Source: Planctomycetota bacterium (GTDB lineage Bacteria; Planctomycetota; GCA-002687715; CAIWVZ01). From it: a stretch of DNA of 64,000 nt. The stretch lies in NCBI GenBank assembly GCA_044222185.1, contig JBGANV010000006.1:32001-96000 (forward strand). The letters run 5' to 3'. The notes below the pieces were generated by a model that saw nothing but the letters and a program-made list of their open reading frames with translations, was not told the origin of the DNA and ran no database searches. The position numbers and the translations under genes were made by a program. Positions 35,774 through 46,401 of this stretch are shown in pieces (position 1 is the first letter of the stretch; every line of letters begins with the position of its first letter).

Positions 35774-37717
35774 ATGGCCCCGATGAGCATCGGTGACGGA
35801 CGACTTCTGATGGCCCTCACGACCCGTGAGTGGCTGATGACCGATGGGCGCGGTGGCTACTCGTTGGGGACCCATGCGGGCCTCAACACGCGCAAGTACC
35901 ACGGCCTTCTCGTCGTCTCGCGGCCGCCACCCGTCGGCCGCCTGATGCTGGTGTCACGCGTCGAGGACACGTTCGTCGCGGACGACGGCGTTCGGATCCC
36001 GCTCGACACGGGGTGTTACGAGCCCGGCATCCTCCATCCCGAGGGGTACCGCTCCCTCGTCGACTTCCATGCGAACCCCCTGCCGCAGTGGACCTACCGC
36101 GCCGCCGATCGGGAGATCCGCAAGACGCTGGCGTTCGACCCGACCGCCGAACGGCTGACGGTGCGGTGGGAGCTCGTCTCGGGTGAGCCCGGGGCCATCG
36201 AGGTCCGGCCGCTGCTGACGAGGCGCTCGCATCACGCCGTCGCGCGGGCCGGCGACTTCGATTCCCAGGTGGACGTCGAGCCGGGCCTCGTCCGCTGGCG
36301 ACCGCACGCGGGTGAGCCCGCGACCGTGATCCGTTTCGACGGCGCGGTGATCGACCCCACGCCCTACGTCTACGGGGACGTGCTGTACTCGCTCGAGAAG
36401 GAGCGCGGGTACGACGCCGTCGAGGACCTGCACGCCCCGGCGTTGATCCGCCTCGCGCTGACGCCGGCGCTCGCTGCCGAACTGCAGATCTCGGCCGAGG
36501 ATGCGCCGGCGCCGCGCGCTCGGTTGCCCGCACCGCGGGCGGGCCGTCCCATGCCGAAGGTCGGTCTGCTGGCGGAGGCGCGATCGGCGCTCGTCGCGGC
36601 GGCGGACCATTTCCTCATCAACGGGCCCGATGGCATGCCTGGCATCGTCGCCGGCTACCCGTGGTTCGAGGAGTGGGGGCGCGACACCATGCTGGCGATC
36701 CCGGGCCTCTGCCTCGCCACGGGGCGTGCCGCGCACGCCTGCGCCATGCTCGAAGCCTGGTCGCGGCGTCTCGGTCAGGGCCTGCTCCCCAATCGCGTCG
36801 GCGACCATCACTCGGTCGACACGAACGCGGCCGACGCTCCTCTCCTGTTCATCCGCGCGATCGAACTCGTCGACGTCGCGCTACGTGACCGCCGGAGAAT
36901 CGAGCAGCGGTTCTTCGCCGCCGTCAACTCGATTCTCGACTGGTACCACCGCGGAACGAAACACGGGATCGGCGTAGGAGCCGATGGGCTTCTTCGCGCA
37001 GGCGAACCCGGCGTGGCGTTGACGTGGATGGACGCCGTCGTCAACGGTGAGCCCGTGACCCCACGTCGCGGCAAGCCCGTGGAGTTGAACGCCCTGTACG
37101 CAGAGGCGTTGCGCTTTGGCGCCGAACTGGCGGACCGGCGCGCCGACGACGAACTCGGCGTCGTCTACCGCGAACGGGCCATGCGCCTCGAGATGGCGAT
37201 GCGCGATCGCTTCATCGATCAAAAGAGCGGCACCATTCGCGACGTGGTAGACCTGTCGGGCCCCGGAGATGCGGAGGCGTTCAGGCCGAACCTCCTTTTC
37301 GCACTTGCATCCAAGTCCACGCCGTTCACGACGGAGCAGGCAGAGCGCAACCTCGCGCGAGTCGAACTCGAACTCCTCACTCCCTATGGACTGCGCACGC
37401 TCTCGCCGCACCACGCGGCCTACAGCCCCAGGTACTTCGGCGATCAGGGAGCGCGTGACCGCGCCTATCACCAGGGCACGGTATGGCCGTGGATGATGGG
37501 GCTGTACGCCGATGCCCTCATCCAGACTCGCGGCGACAACGCCCGCACGCGGCAGAAGATCGAGGCTGCGCTCGTCCCGTTGCTGAAGTTCGTCGTCGAG
37601 CACGGGATCCTGCCGGAGGTGTTCGATGGCGATGCTCCGCACGCGCCCGGAGGTTGCCCCGCCCAGGCCTGGAGCGTGGCCGAAGTGCTTCGCGTCGTCG
37701 ACTGGTTGATGCGGTAG
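35774..37717 (+). CDS. Amylo-alpha-1,6-glucosidase (glycogen debranching enzyme, archaeal type)
   Basis: EWLMTDGRGGY, TRKYHGLL, AGYPWFEEWGRDT, LTWMDA, RPN, YHQGTVWPW, QAWSVAE. Confidence 0.93.
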   Translation: MAPMSIGDGRLLMALTTREWLMTDGRGGYSLGTHAGLNTRKYHGLLVVSRPPPVGRLMLVSRVEDTFVADDGVRIPLDTGCYEPGILHPEGYRSLVDFHANPLPQWTYRAADREIRKTLAFDPTAERLTVRWELVSGEPGAIEVRPLLTRRSHHAVARAGDFDSQVDVEPGLVRWRPHAGEPATVIRFDGAVIDPTPYVYGDVLYSLEKERGYDAVEDLHAPALIRLALTPALAAELQISAEDAPAPRARLPAPRAGRPMPKVGLLAEARSALVAAADHFLINGPDGMPGIVAGYPWFEEWGRDTMLAIPGLCLATGRAAHACAMLEAWSRRLGQGLLPNRVGDHHSVDTNAADAPLLFIRAIELVDVALRDRRRIEQRFFAAVNSILDWYHRGTKHGIGVGADGLLRAGEPGVALTWMDAVVNGEPVTPRRGKPVELNALYAEALRFGAELADRRADDELGVVYRERAMRLEMAMRDRFIDQKSGTIRDVVDLSGPGDAEAFRPNLLFALASKSTPFTTEQAERNLARVELELLTPYGLRTLSPHHAAYSPRYFGDQGARDRAYHQGTVWPWMMGLYADALIQTRGDNARTRQKIEAALVPLLKFVVEHGILPEVFDGDAPHAPGGCPAQAWSVAEVLRVVDWLMR

Positions 37718-37726
37718 GCCGGCGCC

Positions 37727-39172
37727 TCAGCGGCGCTTCTCCGCGCTCACCGGCTCGACGAACTCCACCACGTATTGGCGTGCGATCGTCGCGTCGTCAT
37801 CCAGGCTCACCGTGGCGAGATAGCGCCGGCCCGGCATCACGACGAGGTCGGCAGGCAGGAACGCCACGCAGTTCGACACGCCGTATCCGCCGCTCGCGAC
37901 CCACGCGCGGCGCATCGTGAGTGGTGGGCCCGCCGGCAGGTAATGCGCATCGAGCGGTTGGATCGTGGCGGATGGCCGGACCTTCGCCGCCCAACGTCCG
38001 GCGACGAACGAGATGGACCACGCGCGGCTCGCACCGAAGAAATCCGTGGGAACGAAACCGGGCGGCGGATAACAGACCTCCTTCAATCCCTTGGGGACGG
38101 AACCGCTGCGATCCATCGACCACATCGCCGACCACGCGTGGGAGCACCCGAAGCCCGTCTTTCGCAGCGAGGGGTTGATGCACCAGCGGCGATGGCCCAG
38201 CGCCGTGATGTTCGATTCGTCGGAGTCGTCCATGTAGCCGTCGACGGAATCGGCCATGTCGCCGCCGACGTAGAGATTGCTGTTGCCGGCGCCGCGGCGG
38301 CCCTGCTCGTATCGCCCAGGCGGCAAGCCACCGGGGTCGGGAGGCGTGTGATCGAGGCGGTCGAGCTTCTCGCAGACCTCCGCGGCGGCGTTGCACAGGT
38401 CGGTCATCACCGGATCGAGAGTCACGTCCTCCCACGGGACTCCGCACAGGTAGCGGTACGCCTGGAGGCGCCGCAACGCCGCATGGCGACGCGGCGCGGC
38501 CGGATCGTCAGTGGGCAGACTCTCCGGCAGCGGCGCGGACAGGATCGATTCGATGCGCCGCCGGACTTCGGCCGCGGGCCGTGGATGCGGGACGAACCCG
38601 TTCAAGAGCTCGATCACCCCGCTCCGCCACTTCTGCGTCATCACGGTCTTCTTGTCGACCGCGAGCTTGGACGCTCCGTCGAGCGCTCCGCCGATCCACG
38701 TCGCCGTCCAGACTCGCGAGCCGTCCGCGCTCACCTCTTCGTAGGCGCCGGACAACTGGCCGAGCACGAAACTCGCCGTGATGAAGTGCCCGCCGTTCGG
38801 GTGCCAGCTCTGGTAGCCGCCTTCGAGCAATCCGCCGCGATAGGTCGCACTCACGCGCGCGCCGTCGGCCCGGGTCTCGTTCAAGTTGCCTTCGATCTTG
38901 CCGTTCAGGTACGTGGTGACGATGCCGCGCTTGCCGTTCGGCAGATAGGAGGTGAACGGGCCATCCAGAAGCCCATCCTTGTAGTGCGACTCGACGGCCA
39001 GGATCCCGTCGCGAAAGTACTCCTTGCAAAGTCCCGACCTGCGGCCCTTGGCGTCGACGCCGTACTGCGCCTTGAGGCCGCCCGTGTCCCAGGTCTCGAT
39101 CTTCTCTTCGGTCTGGGCGCACAGCGGTGCCGAGAGGACGAGCGCGACGACGAGTGGACGCCACACGTGCAT
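37727..39172 (-). CDS. Secreted MORN-variant (YwqK-like) repeat + CAP/SCP domain protein
   Basis: Signal MHVWRPLVVALVLSAPLCAQ; YKDGLLDG/YLNGKIEG repeats; YRYLCG, LDHTP, SNL, LGHRRWCINP CAP motifs. Confidence 0.8.
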   Translation of the reverse strand: MHVWRPLVVALVLSAPLCAQTEEKIETWDTGGLKAQYGVDAKGRRSGLCKEYFRDGILAVESHYKDGLLDGPFTSYLPNGKRGIVTTYLNGKIEGNLNETRADGARVSATYRGGLLEGGYQSWHPNGGHFITASFVLGQLSGAYEEVSADGSRVWTATWIGGALDGASKLAVDKKTVMTQKWRSGVIELLNGFVPHPRPAAEVRRRIESILSAPLPESLPTDDPAAPRRHAALRRLQAYRYLCGVPWEDVTLDPVMTDLCNAAAEVCEKLDRLDHTPPDPGGLPPGRYEQGRRGAGNSNLYVGGDMADSVDGYMDDSDESNITALGHRRWCINPSLRKTGFGCSHAWSAMWSMDRSGSVPKGLKEVCYPPPGFVPTDFFGASRAWSISFVAGRWAAKVRPSATIQPLDAHYLPAGPPLTMRRAWVASGGYGVSNCVAFLPADLVVMPGRRYLATVSLDDDATIARQYVVEFVEPVSAEKRR

Positions 39173-39265
39173 GGTGGCGATGTTAGCCGAAGGAACGATC
39201 GGGGCTGGCTCGCGCTCGGTCCCTTCGACCGTGCCGGCGCGCCCGCCCGAGAAGCTTCCGCCACG

Positions 39266-39415
39266 GTCGACGTCGTTCCGATCTTCGACAGGTTCCGCGC
39301 GGCGCTCGCGGCGAACCGTGATGCGGCGTGGACCTGGATGATCGACATCCCGCACCCGGGGCTCATTGGGCACGCCTCGATGGCGCTTGCGGTCCTCGAT
39401 TACGTCGGGTGGTGA
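39266..39415 (+). pseudogene. Remnant C-terminus of an SGNH/GDSL hydrolase
   Basis: VDVVPIFDRF...DIPHPGLIGHASMALAVLDYVGW* resembles SGNH block V (DxxHPxxxGH); no N-terminal part or start nearby. Confidence 0.5.
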
Positions 39416-39624
39416 TGACGGCGGGGGGCGCGGACAGGATTCGACCGACGACGCGCTGGTCGGCCTCGCGGGTGCAACGCTGCCCCCAGTGACTGAAGCT
39501 GTGGCGGGAGCGTGCGCGACCGAGCGCGATTTGGGAGGCCGGACGGTCGCCGTCCAAGAAACGAGTCTTTGCGCGGCAGCGGCCGAGCGGCGAAGATCCG
39601 ACGTCATCGGCCAGAGGAGACATC

Positions 39625-41343
39625 ATGAAGCTGACGTCGTTCGTTCTCGGGTTCGGGGCGCTCGTCGTCGGAGTCCCGGCGCAGACCACGCGCAACGTGC
39701 CGGGCCAGTACCCGACGGTGCAGGCGGCCATCAACGCGTGCGTCAACGGCGACACCGTGTTGATCGCGCCCGGCACGTACTCGGGCGGGATCAATTTCCT
39801 GGGGCGTGCGATCACCGTGAAGGGCTCGCAGCCGGCGCCCGCGACCGTGCTGCTCGGGACGGCCGGTGGTCGCGTCGTGACGTTCTCGACGGCGGAGAGC
39901 GCGGCGTCCATCCTCCGCGACGTGAAGGTCACGGGTGGCAACGGCGGGATCCTGATCCAGAACGCGTCGCCGACGATCACGAACTGCATCATCCAGAGCA
40001 ACGCGTCGACGACGGATGGCGGAGGCGTGGTGATTCACGCGAGCGGGGCCGGCTCATTCACGCCGACCATCTCGAACTGTGTGATCGGCGGGAACTCGGC
40101 GCTCAACAGCGGCGGCGGCGTCTTCGCCGACGCGACGAACGGGGCGGCGTTGCAGCTGTCCTGTGATGGGTTGTCGGTCGTGCAGAATGGTGCCGTCGGC
40201 CTCGTCGCGTCCAACACGGGTGCGGGGGGTGGGATCTACGTGACGTCGTCGGGGACGGCGACCTGCGCTCTCACGCTGTATCGGTCCACGGTCAGTCAGA
40301 ACTCTGCGGCCGGCAACGGGGGCGGCATTTACGCGTTGACCCCGACGATCGGATCCGCACTGACGATCCTGTCGTGCAGGATCCTCGACAACACGGCCGT
40401 CGTGAATTACGTGCCGCAGGGCGCGGGGGCTGGGATCGGTTCGGTGGCGGCGCAGACGACGCTCCAGAACACGCTCGTTGCCGGGAACGTCTCCAATTCG
40501 TTCGGTGGCGGCATGTTGATCGAGAATTCCGGTGTCGGACCGTCGGCGTCGATTCGCGGGTGTACGTTCGCGGACAACGTCGGGAGTTCGGCAGGAGTCG
40601 TGACGCAGGTCCCGCTGACGATCGAAGGCTCGATCTTCTGGGGCAACACAGGAGTTCAGGTTGCTCCGACGGCCAGCGGAGCGGTCAACGTCACGACGTC
40701 GGACATCCAATCCGGGATCTACACGAGTCTGTCCGGGAACATCACGGCCGACCCGCGCTTCGTCGACGCCGCGAACCGGGACTATCACCTCTCCCTCGGT
40801 TCGCCGTGCATCGACGTGGGCGGGAGCGGGGCAGGGCTCGCAGCTACGGACTGGGAGGGCACCGCGCGCGTCGTCGGCGCGGGGATGGACATGGGGTTCG
40901 ACGAAATCCCCGCCATCGGCCTCGCCGGGTCGAATGAGGACCTCGACCTCCTGGCGCGCATCAACGGCATCGGTGACCCCCACGTCACGAGCGTGGCCGC
41001 TCCCGCGAACAGCCAGCTTCGCCTGCAACTGCGTTCACCCGGCGGGACGTTCGTCGGGACGACACCGCTCGTGTTCGGCCGCGCCTACACCACGGGCGGG
41101 TTCATCGGCACCACCGCGGGATTTCCGACGATCCGCTTCGACATCGGGCCCTCGTTCCTGATGTTCGGCTCGTTCTCGCAGCCGTTCTACACGCCGGGTC
41201 TCCCCGCAGCCGGCGTGACGCTCGACTACGCCATCCCACCGGGCCTCGCCGGGACGACGCTGCGCGTGCAGGGATTCGCCGTCACGTCCATGGCGTCGAA
41301 CGCTCTCTTCGCCGCGAGCGAGGCGCACGACATCGTGTTCTGA
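39625..41343 (+). CDS. Secreted right-handed beta-helix (Pmp-like repeat) protein
   Basis: VPGQYPTVQAAI, GDTVLIAPGTY, repeated N-[SA]-x-x-x-GGG, GNITADPRF, DYHLSLGSPCID; AGGAG RBS. Confidence 0.85.
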   Translation: MKLTSFVLGFGALVVGVPAQTTRNVPGQYPTVQAAINACVNGDTVLIAPGTYSGGINFLGRAITVKGSQPAPATVLLGTAGGRVVTFSTAESAASILRDVKVTGGNGGILIQNASPTITNCIIQSNASTTDGGGVVIHASGAGSFTPTISNCVIGGNSALNSGGGVFADATNGAALQLSCDGLSVVQNGAVGLVASNTGAGGGIYVTSSGTATCALTLYRSTVSQNSAAGNGGGIYALTPTIGSALTILSCRILDNTAVVNYVPQGAGAGIGSVAAQTTLQNTLVAGNVSNSFGGGMLIENSGVGPSASIRGCTFADNVGSSAGVVTQVPLTIEGSIFWGNTGVQVAPTASGAVNVTTSDIQSGIYTSLSGNITADPRFVDAANRDYHLSLGSPCIDVGGSGAGLAATDWEGTARVVGAGMDMGFDEIPAIGLAGSNEDLDLLARINGIGDPHVTSVAAPANSQLRLQLRSPGGTFVGTTPLVFGRAYTTGGFIGTTAGFPTIRFDIGPSFLMFGSFSQPFYTPGLPAAGVTLDYAIPPGLAGTTLRVQGFAVTSMASNALFAASEAHDIVF

Positions 41344-41393
41344 CGAGCCGACGCCGCGCGCGAGCGCTGCGGCATGCAGCCCCGAGGCCGCGG

Positions 41394-44003
41394 TCACGGC
41401 ACGACGACACGCGTGACGGGTGAGTAGCACCCGAGCACGGCGTTGGTCACGTCCGCCGTGACGGCCTCGATCGTGGTTCCGGGCTGCACGACGTATGGCC
41501 CAAAGGTCATGTTCGGCCACGTCGCCGCGAAGTGGTAGGGCGGCACGTCGATGGGAATGGCGATCTGCGCCAGCAGGTCGGCGGGGTCGCTGAAGCACAA
41601 CCCGAGCCACGGGCCACTGCCGAGCGGTGCGCACGGTTCCATGCTGCAGAGCCCGAGGTACTCGTGACCGGGCCGCATTCTCCGGTCTCGCACCGTGACT
41701 CCCGCGGAGCTGACGGTGAAGGCGACGGCGGGGCGGGGGAGGCCCCAACGGGCGATCTGGTCCGACGCCACACCGCCGGCTGTCGCGAATCCGCCGCCGA
41801 CGTAGAGCACCGGGCCTGCGCCGTCGTCGAAGGCGCCGAACGACGTCACCCGCACGCCACCGGCAGACGGGAGCCCCGGCCCGTCGATTCCGCTTCCGAG
41901 AGGAGACCATGACGACCCGTTCCAGCGGGCGATGCGGTGTGCCGCGATGCCACCGATGGCGGCAAAGTCACCTCCGGCATAGAGCGCCATTCCCGTTCCG
42001 TCGTCGAACGTCGTCAGCGCCTGAACGAACGGAGTCGTCGGTCCTCCGGCGGCGGCCAACCAGGAGGCGGTCGCGCCGCGGAGTTGCAGGATCGCACCGG
42101 GCGGCGTCGCCGTCGCGGGCGGTCCGGCGGCGTACAGGGCTGGTCCTATCGCGTCGGTGTAGGTTGCGAGGCTCGTGATGGTCGCCAGTGCCGCCGTCGA
42201 TGTGGTCGCGACGGGTTGCCAGGTTGGGCCGGCCAATCTCCAGAGGCCCGCACTCGCGGCCGTGGCGCCGCCGGCATAGAGCGCCGGGCCGGAGCCTGCG
42301 TTCGAGAAGCCGAGAGCTTCGACGGTGTTCAGCGCCACGATGCCCGAACCACCCGTGGCGCTCCACGCGGAGCCGTTCCAGATCGCCACGCGCGCACTCG
42401 GGACCCCTCCGGCGGAGCTGAAGGGGCCGCCGACTACCAGGAGTGGCGGTGTCGGTGGAACATCGAGCGCCATCAATGCGCGACAGGTTCCCACGAGACC
42501 CGATCCGAGCGCTGCCCAACTCGTCCCGTTCCAACGTGCGATGTTCTGCGCGGGTACGCCGCCGGCGCTCGTGAACGTTCCACCGAGGTAGAGACCACGC
42601 GCCGGTCCGGTGTGGATCGCGGCCAGTGCATTGGTCTCGCCGAAAGTGAACCCGCCGACCGCGGACCAGGACGTTCCGTTCCACCTCACGACTCCCCGGT
42701 GGTACACGCCCGACGTCGCCACCGACATGGCGGCATAGAGCGCTGGGCCGGACCCATCGTCGAACATCACCATGGCCGCCGGGCCGTTGCTCCAACAACC
42801 ATCGCCGTCCGGCATCGGTGACCACGTCGTGCCGTGGAGTCGCGCGACGCCCGACATTCCGGCGCCATTCAGCTCGGCGAACTCTCCGACCCCGACGAGC
42901 CCCGGACCGTCCGGCCCCGTGGACTCGGTGAGGTCATAGACCTGGCCGATGGCGACGGCACCGGCAGGGCTGATGACCGACCACGCGCTGCCGTTCCACG
43001 CGGCGACCTCGGTGAGCGGTCCCCCCGCGATCGTGAACACACCACAGGCGTACAGCTTCGTTCCGCCGCCATCGTTTCGGGCCGCGGCCTTCACGATTTG
43101 GGAGCCCGAGGCCGGATTCCCGATGACCCCGCCCCCGATGGCACTCCAAGCCGAGCCGTTCCATCGCGCGAGGCAGTTGATCGGCTGCGAACCAGCCGTC
43201 GAGAAGACGCCGCCCGCGACGAGAGCGGGCCCGGTGCCATCGTCGTAGACTCCGAGCGAGTAGACGTTGGCGTTGCAGCCGGTGCCGAGCGGGCTCCAAC
43301 TCGTGCCGTTCCATTTCGCGACGTGGGAGTACGCGCCTCCGCCGATCGAATCGAACGTCCCCGCAGCGAAGAGCGCCGGTCCCGTACCGTCGTTGAAGAC
43401 CTCCAGGGCGTAGATCTCACCGTTGATCGTGGCATTCGTCAGCGGACTCCACTGGGAGCCGTTCCATCGCGCGATCCGGTGTGCCGGCACACCGTGGATC
43501 TGACCGAAGGTTCCCGCTGCGTAGAGCTGGGGTCCCGTCCCGGAGTTGAACACTTTCAGCGCGCGAACGGGGAAGTCCCCGCTGCCGCCGGGGATGGACG
43601 ATGGGGCAGACCACTGGGCCCCGTTCCATCGCGCCACTCCGGGCGAGTAGACGCCTCCGGCCGTCTGAAAGTATCCGGCGGCATACAACTGCGTTCCGGA
43701 TCCGGAGTCGTAGGCCGCCAGGGCGTTCACGACATGGTCGGTCCCGGCACCGAGGGGCGCCCAACTCGTACCGGTCCAGCGGGCGACGCGATTGATCTGG
43801 ACGCCGTTGGCGCGAGTGAATGCGCCTCCGACGAACAACGTCGGGCCCTGCCCGATGTCAGCGACCGTGGCGGCATAGGCGGAGCTGTCGAATCCTCGTC
43901 CGGCGAATCCGTCGCTCCAGCCTGGCGCACAGGTCTGGCTCGAGGCCGAGGTGATGGCGAGGACGAGGACGCAGACGACGCTTGCGAATGGTACGCGGCG
44001 CAT
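41394..44003 (-). CDS. Secreted beta-propeller protein (WNGxxW repeats)
   Basis: About 13-14 repeats of DDGxGPxLYxGGxF...ARWNGxxW; signal peptide. Confidence 0.85.
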   Translation of the reverse strand: MRRVPFASVVCVLVLAITSASSQTCAPGWSDGFAGRGFDSSAYAATVADIGQGPTLFVGGAFTRANGVQINRVARWTGTSWAPLGAGTDHVVNALAAYDSGSGTQLYAAGYFQTAGGVYSPGVARWNGAQWSAPSSIPGGSGDFPVRALKVFNSGTGPQLYAAGTFGQIHGVPAHRIARWNGSQWSPLTNATINGEIYALEVFNDGTGPALFAAGTFDSIGGGAYSHVAKWNGTSWSPLGTGCNANVYSLGVYDDGTGPALVAGGVFSTAGSQPINCLARWNGSAWSAIGGGVIGNPASGSQIVKAAARNDGGGTKLYACGVFTIAGGPLTEVAAWNGSAWSVISPAGAVAIGQVYDLTESTGPDGPGLVGVGEFAELNGAGMSGVARLHGTTWSPMPDGDGCWSNGPAAMVMFDDGSGPALYAAMSVATSGVYHRGVVRWNGTSWSAVGGFTFGETNALAAIHTGPARGLYLGGTFTSAGGVPAQNIARWNGTSWAALGSGLVGTCRALMALDVPPTPPLLVVGGPFSSAGGVPSARVAIWNGSAWSATGGSGIVALNTVEALGFSNAGSGPALYAGGATAASAGLWRLAGPTWQPVATTSTAALATITSLATYTDAIGPALYAAGPPATATPPGAILQLRGATASWLAAAGGPTTPFVQALTTFDDGTGMALYAGGDFAAIGGIAAHRIARWNGSSWSPLGSGIDGPGLPSAGGVRVTSFGAFDDGAGPVLYVGGGFATAGGVASDQIARWGLPRPAVAFTVSSAGVTVRDRRMRPGHEYLGLCSMEPCAPLGSGPWLGLCFSDPADLLAQIAIPIDVPPYHFAATWPNMTFGPYVVQPGTTIEAVTADVTNAVLGCYSPVTRVVVP

Positions 44004-44269
44004 GGGGGGCTCCGCTTTGAGGGCTCGGTGTGGTCGGACGATGGCCGGATTCTACGGGTCGGCTTTCGCGTGTGTGGAAATCGGCGCAGGGCGCGCCGCC
44101 GGTCGCGCCCTCGGTCTGGCCGAGCGGAGGCGACGCTCGTAGCGCATGCGCGCACGTCGTGCTTCCCGCGAGACGGAGAGACGCCATCTCGTCCGGCGAA
44201 TGGGCGCTGCGAAGCCCCACGCGACCCTTCGCGCCTCCGCGGGAACCAGGTCGGGCACTGCGTCGCCGC

Positions 44270-45622
44270 TCACCAGTCGACCTTCCACTTGAAGAGTGCG
44301 ATCGCGAGAACGGCGACTTGGATGATGGCGAGGGAACGGAGCGGTTGGCGGCCTCTACCCGCGACGAGAAGCAGCAACAGTGCCAGCACGCCGGCTCCGA
44401 ACACGGCCCACGCCGCGGGGTTGATCGCCACGACGAACGGCGCTGCGATCGGGTCCGGGCCGTAGCGCCACGCGGGACCGAGCTGGAGCGGAAGGCCGAG
44501 CGAAAGCACCGGCAACAACTGGAGCACGAAGAGGATGACTGCCGCAACCGCGAACCGGGAAGCACCGCCTGCGTCGTGCTCGCCTCCGAGAGCGGCCGTA
44601 GGCGCGGCCAGGCGCGCGAGTCCCCGCCGCAGCCGCCAGGTCGAGCGCGAATCCAACCGTCCGTCGGCCGCGTAGGACACCACGCGGCGATCGAGGCCTT
44701 CGGACGGGAGCAGCTCACCGAGCGTCGCCAGCGCTTCGTCTCGCCGCTCCGCAGGAACGAGGAACAACACGCGTTGCTCTCGCTGGAGCCGCCGGCAAAG
44801 CTCGATCTCCCAGAGCACGTTCGGCCGCAGGTCCACCGCGTCGACGAGGATGGCGTCGACGCGCTCCACCAGGAGTTGCACCACTTGCTGCCAGCACGCA
44901 TCGGACGAGGCGATGGGGAAGGACTTGTTGACAGCGAGACACCAGTTGACGTTGCGCAGCCAGGTGCGATCGAGCGCGGCCGAGAGCCGCGCCACCTGTC
45001 GCGGGCCCCGAATGCGGCGCGCGCGGAACGACAAGAGGGCGAACTGTCCGAGGAGCAGCGGAACGCGCACGTACCAGCGCACGCGAATGTCGGTATCCGC
45101 CAACGTGTAGACGTGCCCGAAGTTGCCGATCTCGGTGCGCACCAGTCGCCGCAGCGGCCGCGTCAGACGTCCCCGGTTGAACGGCCGCAGCAGCAGGAGG
45201 CGGGGCGGGCGGGCCCAGAGCCCGACTACGAAGGCCGAGAGAGGCAGGGTGAGGACGAACGGTAGGAGGTAATGGGCGATGTAGAAGGACGGCATCGCCC
45301 AGAAGTAGATCCCGATGTTGATGTGGCGCACGACGCTCGCGAACCCACGGTTGACCTGGGCTTTGAAACTCTGATCGGACTCGTCGACTGCGGGCGCACC
45401 CGTCCACCCGAGGTACTCGGGCGTCACCGCGACCATCAATGCCAGCAGGAAGGCCAGGAATGGCAGCGCCACCGTCTGGATGCAGATGTTCACGAACGTG
45501 ATGGCCACGGCTACCGTTCGCCGTTGCTGCGCCCGGCGGAGGATGCGCTTTGCGTTCACCGGCACGCTGCGGTTCGCTCGCCTGTGGTCGGTCTCGGGGT
45601 GGGCGCGATCATTCGGCCGCAT
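44270..45622 (-). CDS. Hypothetical membrane protein
   Basis: N- and C-terminal TM helices around a soluble domain (LLLLRPF...WQQVV...NVLWEIE); start uncertain. Confidence 0.7.
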   Translation of the reverse strand: MRPNDRAHPETDHRRANRSVPVNAKRILRRAQQRRTVAVAITFVNICIQTVALPFLAFLLALMVAVTPEYLGWTGAPAVDESDQSFKAQVNRGFASVVRHINIGIYFWAMPSFYIAHYLLPFVLTLPLSAFVVGLWARPPRLLLLRPFNRGRLTRPLRRLVRTEIGNFGHVYTLADTDIRVRWYVRVPLLLGQFALLSFRARRIRGPRQVARLSAALDRTWLRNVNWCLAVNKSFPIASSDACWQQVVQLLVERVDAILVDAVDLRPNVLWEIELCRRLQREQRVLFLVPAERRDEALATLGELLPSEGLDRRVVSYAADGRLDSRSTWRLRRGLARLAAPTAALGGEHDAGGASRFAVAAVILFVLQLLPVLSLGLPLQLGPAWRYGPDPIAAPFVVAINPAAWAVFGAGVLALLLLLVAGRGRQPLRSLAIIQVAVLAIALFKWKVDW

Positions 45623-45638
45623 CGTGTGCGCCGTGAGG

Positions 45639-46202
45639 TCACTCGAAGATCGCGCTGACGTCGACCTCGAACCCCGGGAGCTCGGCGCCGCCGTCGAGAG
45701 TGTCGTCCTCGGTGAGCACGCGCTCGTGGCGCGGTTTGGTGTGAACGGTGACGGTGCGGGCCTCGGGGTCGACGATCCACACCTGCTTCGAGCCGGAGGC
45801 GAGGTACTCGCGGACCTTGGCGTTCATCTCGCGTTTCGTGTTCGAGGGTGACAGCACCTCGATGGCGATGGTGGGGGAGCCCTCGATGAATGCCGAGTTC
45901 AAGGCCTTGGAATCGAGGATGGCGCTGAGGAACGAGATGTCGGGACCCCGCACCGTGTCGGGATCGCGTTGCGTGACGAACCCGCTGTCGGCGAGCACGC
46001 GGCCGAGCTTGCGCGACCTGACGAAGTTGCCGATGAGTCGGATCAGCTCCGCGACCACCGCGCCATGTGGTCTCCTCGGACGCGGCATGACGACGACCTT
46101 CCCCCGGACCAGCTCGCACGGTTCGTCGATCTCCAGATCAGCGAACTGTTCCGCTGACATCGGACGAAGGCGTTTCATGCGATCGATGAGTGTCTGGTCC
46201 AC
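45639..46202 (-). CDS. Uma2 family PD-(D/E)xK endonuclease-like protein
   Basis: ELVRG, RGPDISF, IEVLSPSN, KVREYLASG, VWIVDP, LPGF; start GTG 46202 or ATG 46178. Confidence 0.92.
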   Translation of the reverse strand: MDQTLIDRMKRLRPMSAEQFADLEIDEPCELVRGKVVVMPRPRRPHGAVVAELIRLIGNFVRSRKLGRVLADSGFVTQRDPDTVRGPDISFLSAILDSKALNSAFIEGSPTIAIEVLSPSNTKREMNAKVREYLASGSKQVWIVDPEARTVTVHTKPRHERVLTEDDTLDGGAELPGFEVDVSAIFE

Positions 46203-46401
46203 GTCACGGCTCCGGGAGTTGATGGCGCGATGTTGGCGCAGGGTCCGTCGATGAGTCAAGCGAGACGTTTCTCCTTCGCGAGAAAAGTTGCTGGTGTGCG
46301 CGTCAGAAAGGCCTGCAGGTCGAAGGCGCGTTCTACGAGGCTCGTGGAGAACCCGTTTTCCTCGGGAGGTCGAGCCGCGTGCTCGGCCGTCCGTGGCGTC
46401 T

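Noticed and set aside
37727-39172. YwqK antitoxin of a toxin-antitoxin system
   Set aside because: The repeats are part of a secreted CAP fusion, and there is no adjacent toxin.
45639-46202. Restriction/defence system
   Set aside because: A solitary Uma2 gene with no methyltransferase or other defence genes nearby.
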